Shown here piece after piece: positions 17,888-26,854 of a DNA stretch of 64,000 nucleotides. The DNA lies in assembly GCA_041690135.1 (NCBI GenBank), contig JAWLHY010000001.1, positions 800,001 through 864,000 of the forward strand, in the 5' to 3' direction. Under the pieces are notes generated by a model. The model searched no databases and was not told where the DNA came from. It saw nothing but the letters and a program-made list of their open reading frames with translations. The stretch's first letter is position 1, and each line of letters begins with the position of its first letter. Made by a program: the position numbers and the translations under genes. The DNA comes from Armatimonadota bacterium (GTDB taxonomy: Bacteria; Armatimonadota; SYMT01).

Positions 17888-18949
17888 ATGAAGTACAGCA
17901 AACGACACTGGCTGCCCGGCATCCTCGGCGGTAGCCTGGTGGCTCTCGTGGGGATTACGGTGGCGGCTTCGGTGGCCGACGCCCAGAGGTCCCAGGGCCC
18001 CAAGCCGCCGCTCGGCCTGCCGCCGATTCCGTGGCCTGCCGACAACCCTTACTCGCCGGAGAAAGAGGAGCTGGGACGGCTCCTCTACTACGACAAGCGC
18101 CTGTCTTCGGATAACACGGTCGCGTGCGCCAGTTGCCACGCGCCGGAGTCCGCCTTCACTGACGGGAAGGCGTTCTCGTCGGGGATCAAGGGACAGTTGG
18201 GCGGACGCAGCGCGCCCACGGTTATCAACCGCGCATACAGCACCCTCCAGTTCTGGGACGGGCGGGCGGCAACGCTGGAAGAGCAGGCCAAGGGTCCGAT
18301 CGCCAATCCGGTCGAAATGACCATGGAGAAGGACCAGGCGGCCGCGCACAAAGCGTGCATCGTGCGCCTGAAGGGCATCCCCGGCTACGTGCAGCGGTTC
18401 AAGAAGGCCTTCGGAACCGAGGACTTCAACATCGATCACGTGGCCCAGGCGATCGCCACCTACGAGCGGACGGTCCTTTCCGGCAACTCGCCGTACGACC
18501 GTTACGAAAACGGGGATAAGAACGCCCTTACCCCGGCCCAGAAGCGCGGGTACGACGTCTTCTTCAAGAAGGCGGCGTGCGATAGCTGCCACCTTGGCTT
18601 CAACTTCACCGATGGCTCCTATGAGAACATCGGGATCGGCATGGACAAGGCCAGCCCGGACCTGGGCCGGTACATGGTCACCAAGCGCGAGGACGAAAAG
18701 GGTGCCTTCAAGACCCCGACCTTGCGCGATATTGCCCGGACCGCCCCTTACATGCACGACGGCAGCCTCAAGACGCTGGAAGAGGTGGTCGAGCACTACA
18801 ACAAGGGCGGGATCAAGAACCCCTGGCTGGACGAGCGGATGAAACCGCTCAACCTCTCGCCGCAGGAGAAGAAGGACCTCGTGGAGTTCATGAAGGCCCT
18901 CAGCGGCGAAGGCTGGCAGCATCACCAGGCCCCCAAGAAGTTCCCCTAG
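17888..18949 (+). CDS. Di-heme cytochrome c peroxidase family protein, MauG-like
   Basis: CASCH and CDSCH heme motifs, QFWDGRA, FKTPTLR, APYMHDG, VVEHY; signal peptide. Confidence 0.93.
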   Translation: MKYSKRHWLPGILGGSLVALVGITVAASVADAQRSQGPKPPLGLPPIPWPADNPYSPEKEELGRLLYYDKRLSSDNTVACASCHAPESAFTDGKAFSSGIKGQLGGRSAPTVINRAYSTLQFWDGRAATLEEQAKGPIANPVEMTMEKDQAAAHKACIVRLKGIPGYVQRFKKAFGTEDFNIDHVAQAIATYERTVLSGNSPYDRYENGDKNALTPAQKRGYDVFFKKAACDSCHLGFNFTDGSYENIGIGMDKASPDLGRYMVTKREDEKGAFKTPTLRDIARTAPYMHDGSLKTLEEVVEHYNKGGIKNPWLDERMKPLNLSPQEKKDLVEFMKALSGEGWQHHQAPKKFP

Positions 18950-18994
18950 CGGACCGTTCGCGTAAGCCCGATCCGTAAGGAGCTTAAACAAGCC

Positions 18995-19034
18995 AAGACC
19001 CGTGGGACAGGACCCTGTCTCACGGGTCTTCTTT
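18995..19034 (+). terminator. Intrinsic terminator
   Basis: Hairpin aagacccgtgggacagg/cctgtctcacgggtctt followed by cttt. Confidence 0.7.
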
Positions 19035-19153
19035 ATGGTCTATGAGCCGGTAAGAAATAGGCCCACGGATCCGTGGAACGGCGGGTATAACACTCGGGTG
19101 GGAAGCGCCGCATTTCCAGCCAGGCAATAGCGTGCCAGGCTGGTGGGAGCTCT

Positions 19154-20206
19154 ATGGGTAGTACGGATCAGGAAAGAGCAGCCACACAAGTGCGCCGCCG
19201 GCGCCTTGTTTCTCTGATTTCCGGCGCCTGTTGGCTCGGCATCCTCGCGGTATGGGGGGTGACGCGCGGAGTGGCGGAGAGCGCCTGGTGGGGTTCCTTA
19301 CTCCTGTACCTCCCCCAGGCAGGATACGCGCTTCCGGTGCTGCCGCTGCTCCTACTCTCGGCCCGGCAGCGGAATCGCACTGCACTGGCCATAAACACGG
19401 CGAGCCTGCTAGTGGTCGCCGGTCCCATGATGGGCTTTAACCTCCCCCGCCCTCGGTACCCCGCCCCGCCCTCCGCGCCGCGGGTCCGGGTGCTCGCTTA
19501 CAACATTCTGGGCCCGCGCGGAAGTCTGGAGGAAGTAAGAGAGCACGTGCGGAGCTATCGGCCCGACGTGGTGGTGTTCTCGGAGGCACGTCACTACCGG
19601 CAAGACGCCCGATTCTTTCGCGAACTGACCGCCCTCTTTCCGGGATGGCACTCCACTTGCGCCGCGGATGTTTTCGTGGCCAGCCGGTGGGCCTTTCGCG
19701 AGACGCACCACACCCCGCTCATTCCCGCGGACGTCACCGATCCTTCCACCGAACGGGAAATCGTCCACGCGGCCGTCCGCGCCCCGTTCGGCGAGTTTCA
19801 GGTCGTTGGGGTTCACTTCCGGGCCCCCATGTACCCGATCACCCTTCGTAAGGAGCGCCACCGGCTCGACCGCTACTTGAATCACACCGGCGCGGAACGT
19901 ACTCGACAATTGCGGGCCCTGGAGCAATATCTTTTGAAGGTGCGCGGTCCCGTGTTGCTCTGCGGCGACTTCAATACCCCTCCGGCCGGCCGGATCTATT
20001 CCCGCCTGACGCAAGGATATCGGGACGCGTTTAGCGAAGTTGGCCTCGGCTGGGGATATACGTATCCTTCGAGTTTTCCATTGCTCCGGATCGATTACGT
20101 TTTTTGCAGCGCCCACTGGAACACATTGCGGGCCGTCGTGGGGCCCAAACCGGGCTCGGACCACCGCCCGTTGTTCGTAGAGCTGGCTCTCCACGATGCT
20201 CGATAA
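19154..20206 (+). CDS. Endonuclease/exonuclease/phosphatase (EEP) family protein with N-terminal TM helices
   Basis: VLAYNI, PDVVVFSE, GDFNTP, RIDYVF and GSDHRP. Confidence 0.9.
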   Translation: MGSTDQERAATQVRRRRLVSLISGACWLGILAVWGVTRGVAESAWWGSLLLYLPQAGYALPVLPLLLLSARQRNRTALAINTASLLVVAGPMMGFNLPRPRYPAPPSAPRVRVLAYNILGPRGSLEEVREHVRSYRPDVVVFSEARHYRQDARFFRELTALFPGWHSTCAADVFVASRWAFRETHHTPLIPADVTDPSTEREIVHAAVRAPFGEFQVVGVHFRAPMYPITLRKERHRLDRYLNHTGAERTRQLRALEQYLLKVRGPVLLCGDFNTPPAGRIYSRLTQGYRDAFSEVGLGWGYTYPSSFPLLRIDYVFCSAHWNTLRAVVGPKPGSDHRPLFVELALHDAR

Positions 20207-20537
20207 GAAGAACCTCTCGCATCCGGTGCCCCGGTCCTCACTCCTGCTGGCCGGGTTGGGTTTTCTGCTGGCGGCCCTGATGCTGGCGCTCTTCCTTTCC
20301 AGTCAACTGGCGGTATTGGAAGCTCAGAACTACCTCCGGAAGCACTACCAGATCGACGCCGATCTTCCGGTAAAGGGAATTCGTCCCACGCTGGTCCAGG
20401 AGCCTCTGGCCTCCAACCGACCGATGCCTCCACTCGGTTTCTGCTGGGCCATCGAAGTGGATGCGGACTTCATCCAGGCAGAATTGAGCGTCAACCCCTG
20501 GACCCGGGAGGTCATCGACTGGGAGATCGAGATCTGA
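20196..20537 (+). CDS. Small membrane-anchored hypothetical protein
   Basis: Overlaps the EEP stop; one hydrophobic helix; C-terminal VNPWTREVI resembles PepSY-like ends. Confidence 0.65.
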   Translation: MLDKKNLSHPVPRSSLLLAGLGFLLAALMLALFLSSQLAVLEAQNYLRKHYQIDADLPVKGIRPTLVQEPLASNRPMPPLGFCWAIEVDADFIQAELSVNPWTREVIDWEIEI

Positions 20538-20782
20538 TCGTCCGCTCGATAGTCACAGTTGCCGCAGGCACGCCCGGATGTCTCCCACGCTGTAGTCCAG
20601 GGACGTCACTGTTGGGGAGCGTCCAACAGTGACGCCCCTGTTTCTCGCGACGGCTCCAGGGGAACTTGCGAAGCAGGGGGCGCAGCGGTCACCGTCGTGC
20701 ACACGGCGCTGGAATGCGTCGTGCAATTCACTCCGCGCGTAGGAACCCTCGCTCGGTCGGTAACTTCGCTGGAAAGGGAACC

Positions 20783-22822
20783 ATGTTCACCTCGGGTAGG
20801 ACCGACGGAACCGGCCTCGTGGAAATCGATCCATGGTTGGCCTCCTATGTGGAGCCGCTCCGGGAGCGGTACGCGCGCTACCAGGAAGCGTTAAGACGGA
20901 TCGAGGCGCAAGGGGGACTGTTGGGCCCGGTCAGCCAGGGGCACCGGTTCTTTGGGCTAAATCGGGGCCACCGGAATGGGAAGCCGGGAGTGTGGTACCG
21001 CGAGTGGGCGCCGGCGGCCCGGTCGCTCGCCCTGATCGGCGACTTCAACGCCTGGGATCGCGGCGCTCACCCCCTCGAGCGAGACACCCACGGGACTTGG
21101 CATCTTTTCCTGCCGGATGAGGATTACGCCCACCGGCTGGTTCACGGCAGCCGGGTGAAGGTCCATGTGGACTCGGAGATCGGCCCGCAGGACCGCATTC
21201 CGGCCTACATCCGGCGCGTCGTGCAGGATGAGGAGACGCACGCCTTTTCCGGTCAGTTCTGGGACCCGCCGCAGCCCTACGTGTTCCGGAGTGCGGTTCC
21301 CTCCCTACATTACGGGCTCAAGATCTACGAGGCCCACGTGGGCATGGCGGTAGAAGAGGAACGGGTGGGGACCTTTGCGGAGTTCACCCGGTTCGTGCTC
21401 CCGCGTGCCGCCCGCCTGGGGTATAACGCCATCCAGCTCATGGCGGTGATGGAGCACCCCTACTACGGCTCTTTCGGCTATCACGTGAGCAACTTTTTCG
21501 CGGTTGCCTCGCGGTTCGGAACCCCGGAAGAGCTCAAGGAATTGATCGACACGGCGCACGGAATGGGGTTGCGGGTCCTGCTGGACCTCGTCCACAGCCA
21601 CAGCGTCAAGAACCTGAACGAAGGGCTTAACCGCTTCGACGGCACGGACCACCACTATTTCCACTCCGGCCCGCGCGGAGAGCACCCGGCGTGGGACTCG
21701 TTGCTCTTCGACTACAGCAAGTTCGAGGTGCAGCGGTTCCTCCTCAGCAACGTCCGTTTCTGGCTGGAAGAGTTCCGTTTCGACGGCTTCCGCTTCGACG
21801 GCGTGACCAGCATGCTGTACCTCGATCACGGCCTCGGAAAGGCTTTCACCAGCTACGACGACTACTTCGGTCCGAACGTGGACCTGGACGCCGTCGCGTA
21901 CCTGATGCTGGCCAACCAGCTTACCCATGCCCTCAATCCGGGTGCCGTTTCCGTGGGCGAGGATGTCTCCGGGATGGTAGGGCTGGCGCGTCCGGTGGAC
22001 GAAGGGGGGCTGGGGTTCGACTACCGGCTGGCCATGGGCGTGCCGGACTTCTGGATCCGGCTCTTGAAAGAGCACCCCGACGAAGAGTGGTCGATGCAGG
22101 AGATCTACCACACCCTTCTGAATCGTCGTCCCGGCGAGAAACACGTGGGCTACGTGGAAAGCCACGACCAGGCGCTGGTGGGTGACAAGACGGTGGCCTT
22201 CAGGCTGATGGACCAGGAGATGTACACCAGCATGGACCGGGCGCGCCGCAACGCGGTGGTGGACCGGGGGCTGGCGCTCCATAAGATGATGCGATTGGCC
22301 ACCTTCACCCTGGCGGGCGAGGGTTACCTCACCTTCATGGGCAACGAGTTCGGCCACCCGGAGTGGATCGACTTCCCCCGCGAAGGTAACGACTACTCCT
22401 ACCGCTATGCCCGCCGGCAGTGGTCCCTGGCCGATAACCCTTTCCTCCGCTACCAGGGTCTCCAGGAGTTCGACCGCGCCATGCTCGCCCTGGACACACA
22501 GTTCGACGTCCTCACGGATCCGTTCATCGAGCTCCTGTATGCGGACGACGAAAAGAAGCTCCTCATTTACCGGCGGGGCCCGCTAGTCCTGGCCTTCAAC
22601 TTCCACCCCACCGAGTCGTACGCGGACCTGCGAATCCCTATCCCCGACCCCACCGACTATCGGATCGTGCTGAGCACCGACCAGCACGCCTTCGACGGCT
22701 TCGACCGCGTCGTGGAAGGCACGCATTTCCCCTGGCAGAACGTCCCCTACCTCGACCGCGAGCAGAGCTTGCAGATCTACCTCCCCAGCCGCACCGCCCA
22801 GGTCCTCCGTCCGGAAAAATAA
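20783..22822 (+). CDS. glgB: 1,4-alpha-glucan branching enzyme, GH13_8 (eukaryote-like) type
   Basis: YREWAP, IYEAHVGM, EHPYYGSFGYHV, FRFDGVTSMLY, ESHDQALVGDKT and FMGNEFGHPEWIDFPR. Confidence 0.93.
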   Translation: MFTSGRTDGTGLVEIDPWLASYVEPLRERYARYQEALRRIEAQGGLLGPVSQGHRFFGLNRGHRNGKPGVWYREWAPAARSLALIGDFNAWDRGAHPLERDTHGTWHLFLPDEDYAHRLVHGSRVKVHVDSEIGPQDRIPAYIRRVVQDEETHAFSGQFWDPPQPYVFRSAVPSLHYGLKIYEAHVGMAVEEERVGTFAEFTRFVLPRAARLGYNAIQLMAVMEHPYYGSFGYHVSNFFAVASRFGTPEELKELIDTAHGMGLRVLLDLVHSHSVKNLNEGLNRFDGTDHHYFHSGPRGEHPAWDSLLFDYSKFEVQRFLLSNVRFWLEEFRFDGFRFDGVTSMLYLDHGLGKAFTSYDDYFGPNVDLDAVAYLMLANQLTHALNPGAVSVGEDVSGMVGLARPVDEGGLGFDYRLAMGVPDFWIRLLKEHPDEEWSMQEIYHTLLNRRPGEKHVGYVESHDQALVGDKTVAFRLMDQEMYTSMDRARRNAVVDRGLALHKMMRLATFTLAGEGYLTFMGNEFGHPEWIDFPREGNDYSYRYARRQWSLADNPFLRYQGLQEFDRAMLALDTQFDVLTDPFIELLYADDEKKLLIYRRGPLVLAFNFHPTESYADLRIPIPDPTDYRIVLSTDQHAFDGFDRVVEGTHFPWQNVPYLDREQSLQIYLPSRTAQVLRPEK

Positions 22823-22862
22823 GGGGAGGGGAGCGCGCCGCGTGCGGCGCGCTCCCCTCCCC
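22823..22862. terminator. GC-rich hairpin between convergent genes
   Basis: ggggaggggagcgcgccgc/gcggcgcgctcccctcccc directly after the glgB stop. Confidence 0.65.
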
Positions 22863-22914
22863 ACTTCAAATGCCTTTCGGACCCGGCTGCTCTACGCAGC
22901 CGGCCGTTCCGTTA

Positions 22915-23562
22915 CTACAGCGAGAACTGCCCGAAGTAGCTGTTGTTCTGGTCCGTCAGGCTCCACGACTTCTGGAAGCTGGGCTCCTTGACCTCCAGGC
23001 CCAGGCAGTAGCCCGCCTTCGCGGCCTTCACCGGCACGCCCGGCTTGCCCCAGAGCTCGTAGGGCTGCTTGCAGCAAAGCTCGCCCACCTGCTTGCGGAC
23101 CTTCACGAGGGCCACGCCGGTCGCCTGCACGCGGAACTGGTCGCCGCGCGAGTCGAAGCTGATGGGGGTCGTCTTCACCGCCGCGATCGCCCCCGTGGCG
23201 GTGGAGGCGCGCTCCTTCAACAGGCCGACGAACGCCTCCCGCTGGGCCGGGCTGGCCGCCGCGTCGACGTAAATCACCGAGCGCCGCTGGGCGCCTTCGA
23301 CGTCCAGATGGCGGTCGGCGGCGACCACGGCAATGGCCGTGACGCCCTTGAGGCTGACGCCGTTGAACTCGCCGTCGGTGACGTTCCACACCAGCACGGC
23401 ATCGCGCCCGGACGAGACGATTTCGCCCTCGTGGTGGCAGGCGCCCACATACACGTTAGCGGAGCGTGATTCCAGGTATTCTCCGGTCACGCTCGGAGCC
23501 GCCCCGGCCGACCCCGCCAGAAGTGCGGCGGCGAGCGCGGCGCCCAGATAAGACAGTTTCAT
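22915..23562 (-). CDS. Secreted DUF1326-like protein
   Basis: Signal peptide; GEYLESRSANVYVGAC...W.V..G.FNGV.L.G; strong GAGGAGG before ATG 23562. Confidence 0.7.
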   Translation of the reverse strand: MKLSYLGAALAAALLAGSAGAAPSVTGEYLESRSANVYVGACHHEGEIVSSGRDAVLVWNVTDGEFNGVSLKGVTAIAVVAADRHLDVEGAQRRSVIYVDAAASPAQREAFVGLLKERASTATGAIAAVKTTPISFDSRGDQFRVQATGVALVKVRKQVGELCCKQPYELWGKPGVPVKAAKAGYCLGLEVKEPSFQKSWSLTDQNNSYFGQFSL

Positions 23563-23744
23563 CCCGAACCTCCTCCTCTCGTGCGTGATCAGCGCACTTC
23601 CGTTCCACCCGTGGAGCTCCACGGGCCGGGAGCCGTCCGCGGGAGCCGTCATAACGACTTACGCTACAGACACCCGAACGGGCACCTCTGTTTCCGGTAT
23701 CCTGGCGGCATGGTGTACCCCTTGATGACGACTCGTTCGACCTC

Positions 23745-23773
23745 TTGACAGGCACGCACGGGGGTGGCATAAT
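23745..23773 (+). promoter_or_regulatory. Sigma70-type promoter of the tRNA
   Basis: TTGACA, 17-bp spacer, CATAAT with extended -10 TG; ends 12 bp before the tRNA. Confidence 0.85.
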
Positions 23774-23785
23774 CCTGCAGTCCGA

Positions 23786-23858
23786 GGCAGGGTAGCTCAG
23801 TGGTTAGAGCAACGGATTCATAACCCGTAGGTCGTGGGTTCAAATCCCACCTCTGCTA
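23786..23858 (+). tRNA. tRNA with CAT anticodon, probably elongator tRNA-Met (Ile2 not excluded); CCA not encoded
   Basis: Acceptor GGCAGGG/CTCTGCT plus A; D-arm GCTC-AGTGGTTA-GAGC; anticodon loop TTCATAA; T-arm GTGGG-TTCAAAT-CCCAC. Lacks the three consecutive G:C anticodon-stem pairs of initiator tRNA. Confidence 0.93.
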
Positions 23859-23893
23859 TTTGTCCAACTATCGTCCGTCCTTCCAAAAACCTT

Positions 23894-23925
23894 GGCCGCA
23901 CCCTTTCGGGTGCGGCCTTTTGTTT
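23894..23925 (+). terminator. Intrinsic terminator after the tRNA
   Basis: ggccgcaccc-tttc-gggtgcggcc followed by ttttgttt. Confidence 0.88.
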
Positions 23926-24043
23926 GCCTCTCCAGCTACTGTGGCGGGACGCCCGCGCTCCGGCCCTTCGCCTCATTCGCTCGATTGGCGGATCACGCCG
24001 CCTCCTGATCCTCATCGTAATCCCCATCCTGATCGGCCGCAGG

Positions 24044-26854
24044 CTACGGCCTTTCCCGGTACTTCTCCCACAACCGGGTGTGCTTGGACTCGAGCGAAAT
24101 GGAACGGCCGTTGATGAACACGTGCCGCACCGGGGTCCGGATCTCCAGCAGGTCGCCGTCGGTGACGACCAGGTTGGCGACCTTTCCCGGCTCCAGGCTG
24201 CCGAGGCGGTCTCCCACCCCCAGGATCTGGGCGGGGTACAGGGTGATGGAGCGCAGCGCTTCCGCCTCGCTCAGGCCGCTGCCGGCGGCGGTGCCGGCCT
24301 CGAACGGCAGGTTGCGCGTCTTGGAAGTATCCCCCGCGGAGATGGCGAAGCGCACCCCGGCCCGTGCCAGGATCGCCGGGGTGGCGTAGGGCAGGTCGTA
24401 GGGGTCGTCCTCGTGGGTGGGTAGGCGTTGGAGGGGACCGTAGATCACCGGCACGTCCTTCTCCTTCAGCAGCGACGTGACCTTGGCCGCCTCCGCCCCA
24501 CCCAGGATCACCAGGCACAGCTTCTGCTGGTCCGCATACTCCACGGCCCGCCGGATCTCGCCCCGGGAGTTGGCGCGCCAGAGGAGCGGCACCGTCCCGC
24601 GCAGGAGCGGGATCAGCGCTTCCAGCTTCGCGTCGTGACGGACCGTGGCGCTGCTGGTCGCCTCCTTCGCCGTGAGGTAATGGCGGGCCTGGTCGAGTAG
24701 GTCGGTCAATGCCTTCAGGCGGGTATCCGTCTCGCGCCGCTCGTCTTCGCCGGGACCGCCGCGGTAGCTGAAGTCGCTCGCCTCGAACCGGCGTCCGGAC
24801 CGTCCGCTTGGCACCCGGCCGGTATGGCCGGCGGACTTGGTGACCACCATCTCCTCCACGGTCCAGCCGTCGAGGTTGATCAGCGTGGCCTGGCCGCCCA
24901 GGAGATCGCCGCTGGGGACCGATAGCACCGTAGTGACGCCGTTCACCCGGGTGACGGGGATGTGCTCGCTGGCGGGATGGATGGCGTCGTAGGCGCGCAG
25001 TTGCGGATTGAGGCTGCCGAGGTCGGAGACGTCGTTGCTTTCCCGGACCGCGCCGATCTCACCCAGGCCGAGCTGCGTAAGGCCATCGATCATGCCCGGG
25101 TAGACCCGCAGGCCGGTCGCATCGATCACCTTCGCCCCCGCCGGGACCTTCACATTCGTGCCGACGGCCGCGATCCGATTCCCCTGGATCAGCACCGTGC
25201 CCCGTTCCAGGACCGGGCCGCTCACCGGGTAGACCCGAGCGTTCACCAGGGCGGTGAACGCGCCCGTCAGTTTCGGCGCGGGGCTTCCGGTTGCGCCACC
25301 TTCAGCCGGAGGCTGGCTCGGGGCCGGAGCGCCAAGGGGTTGGGGCGAGTAACTGAGAAAATCCGGATTTCCAGAGGGAGGCCGCGCAAGCGCCGTCACT
25401 CCGGCAAGCCTCACTGCCCTGCCCTGAGAAACAGGTTCGTGCCACGTGGTCAAAGACTGTACAGTTACTTCCCTCAACCCCTTTGCTGCGGAATGCGTCG
25501 AGGGTGCGCTCGCCTTCGCGCTGCTGTCGCCGGTGCTCTTCTTGCCGGCTTCTTCCGCACGCAGCTGCTTCTTGAGCGCCTCGACTTCCTTCTGGCGGGC
25601 CAGTTCCTTATCCCGGTCGAAATAGAGCCGCCCGTCGATCCACACCTTCTGCGGGAGCGCGCGCGTGCTGAGCGGGTGGTGGTTGTAGAGGACGAGATCT
25701 GCGTCTTTACCCACGTCCAGCGAGCCGACCCAGGCGTCGATGCCGAGCTGCCGGGCCGGGTTGAGGGTGATCAGGCGGAGCGCCTCGATTTCGGTGAGAC
25801 CGCCGTACTTCACGCACTTGGCGGCTTCCTGGTTCAGATGGCGGGCTTCCTCCGCACTGTCGGAGTTGATCGAGACCCCCACCCCCTTGCGGGTCATGAT
25901 CGCCGCGTTGTAGGGGATGGCGTCGTAGGCCTCCAACTTGAAGGCCCACCAGTCCGAAAACGTGGAAGCCCCGGCCCCGTGGGTGGCGATCTCGCGGGCC
26001 ACCTTGTAGCCTTCCAGCACGTGCTGGAACGTGGCCACGCGGAAGCCGAACTCTTCCGCCAGCCGGATCATTGTCAGGATCTCGTCCGCGCGGTAGCAGT
26101 GGCAGTGGACGAGCCGCTTCCCCTGCAGGACCTCCACCAGCGGTTCCAGTTCCAGGTCGCGGCGCGGCGGAATGGCCTTCACCCCGGCGCGAGACTTCGC
26201 TGCGTAATCCTTCCACTCCTGCTCGTACCGGCGCGCGCGCAGAAAGGCATCGCGGATCACGTCCGCCACGCCCATCCGGGAAGCGGGATAGCGCCCCCCA
26301 CCCGTCGCCCCGGAGCGCTTGGGGTTCTCCCCCAGCGCAAACTTGATCCCCGGCGGCGCCTGCCGGAACTTCAACCCGGCCGCATCCTGCCCCCAGCGCA
26401 GCTTGATGACCTGGTTCTTGCCCCCGATCGGGTTTGCGCTGCCGTGCAGGATGTTCGAGGTCGTGACCCCGCCCGCCAGGTCCCGGTAGATGTCGATATC
26501 CTCGGGGTCGATCACGTCCTCGGTTCCGACCATGGAGGTGACCGAGCGGGTGCCTTCATTCACACTCCCGGCGATGGCGATGTGGGCGTGGCAGTCGATG
26601 ATGCCGGGCATCAGGTACTGGCCGGCGGCTTCCACGATCTCCGCATCCGGCGGCACTTCGAGGTTCTTTCCCACTGCCGCGATGCGGCCGTCCCGGACGA
26701 GCACGGCGCCGCCGGGGATGGGGGCGCCGCTCACCGTCAGCACGGTGGCGCCGCGGATCAGGAGGGCCCGTTTTGCCTGGGCGCCGGCCCGGGAAACGAG
26801 GGTCAGCACCACGAGGGCGGACCAGAGCAGCGCCCAGGTGCGCGGGGTCTTCAT
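24044..26854 (-). CDS. Secreted double-domain amidohydrolase (imidazolonepropionase-like)
   Basis: Domain 1: PGIIDCHAH, KFALGENPK, HCHCYRADE, FQHVLEGY, INSDS. Domain 2: PGMIDGLTQ, GSLEPGKVANL. Confidence 0.9.
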   Translation of the reverse strand: MKTPRTWALLWSALVVLTLVSRAGAQAKRALLIRGATVLTVSGAPIPGGAVLVRDGRIAAVGKNLEVPPDAEIVEAAGQYLMPGIIDCHAHIAIAGSVNEGTRSVTSMVGTEDVIDPEDIDIYRDLAGGVTTSNILHGSANPIGGKNQVIKLRWGQDAAGLKFRQAPPGIKFALGENPKRSGATGGGRYPASRMGVADVIRDAFLRARRYEQEWKDYAAKSRAGVKAIPPRRDLELEPLVEVLQGKRLVHCHCYRADEILTMIRLAEEFGFRVATFQHVLEGYKVAREIATHGAGASTFSDWWAFKLEAYDAIPYNAAIMTRKGVGVSINSDSAEEARHLNQEAAKCVKYGGLTEIEALRLITLNPARQLGIDAWVGSLDVGKDADLVLYNHHPLSTRALPQKVWIDGRLYFDRDKELARQKEVEALKKQLRAEEAGKKSTGDSSAKASAPSTHSAAKGLREVTVQSLTTWHEPVSQGRAVRLAGVTALARPPSGNPDFLSYSPQPLGAPAPSQPPAEGGATGSPAPKLTGAFTALVNARVYPVSGPVLERGTVLIQGNRIAAVGTNVKVPAGAKVIDATGLRVYPGMIDGLTQLGLGEIGAVRESNDVSDLGSLNPQLRAYDAIHPASEHIPVTRVNGVTTVLSVPSGDLLGGQATLINLDGWTVEEMVVTKSAGHTGRVPSGRSGRRFEASDFSYRGGPGEDERRETDTRLKALTDLLDQARHYLTAKEATSSATVRHDAKLEALIPLLRGTVPLLWRANSRGEIRRAVEYADQQKLCLVILGGAEAAKVTSLLKEKDVPVIYGPLQRLPTHEDDPYDLPYATPAILARAGVRFAISAGDTSKTRNLPFEAGTAAGSGLSEAEALRSITLYPAQILGVGDRLGSLEPGKVANLVVTDGDLLEIRTPVRHVFINGRSISLESKHTRLWEKYRERP

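Noticed and set aside
23786-23858. tRNA as an integration site of an island or prophage
   Set aside because: No integrase and no duplicated tRNA 3-prime end seen in the window.
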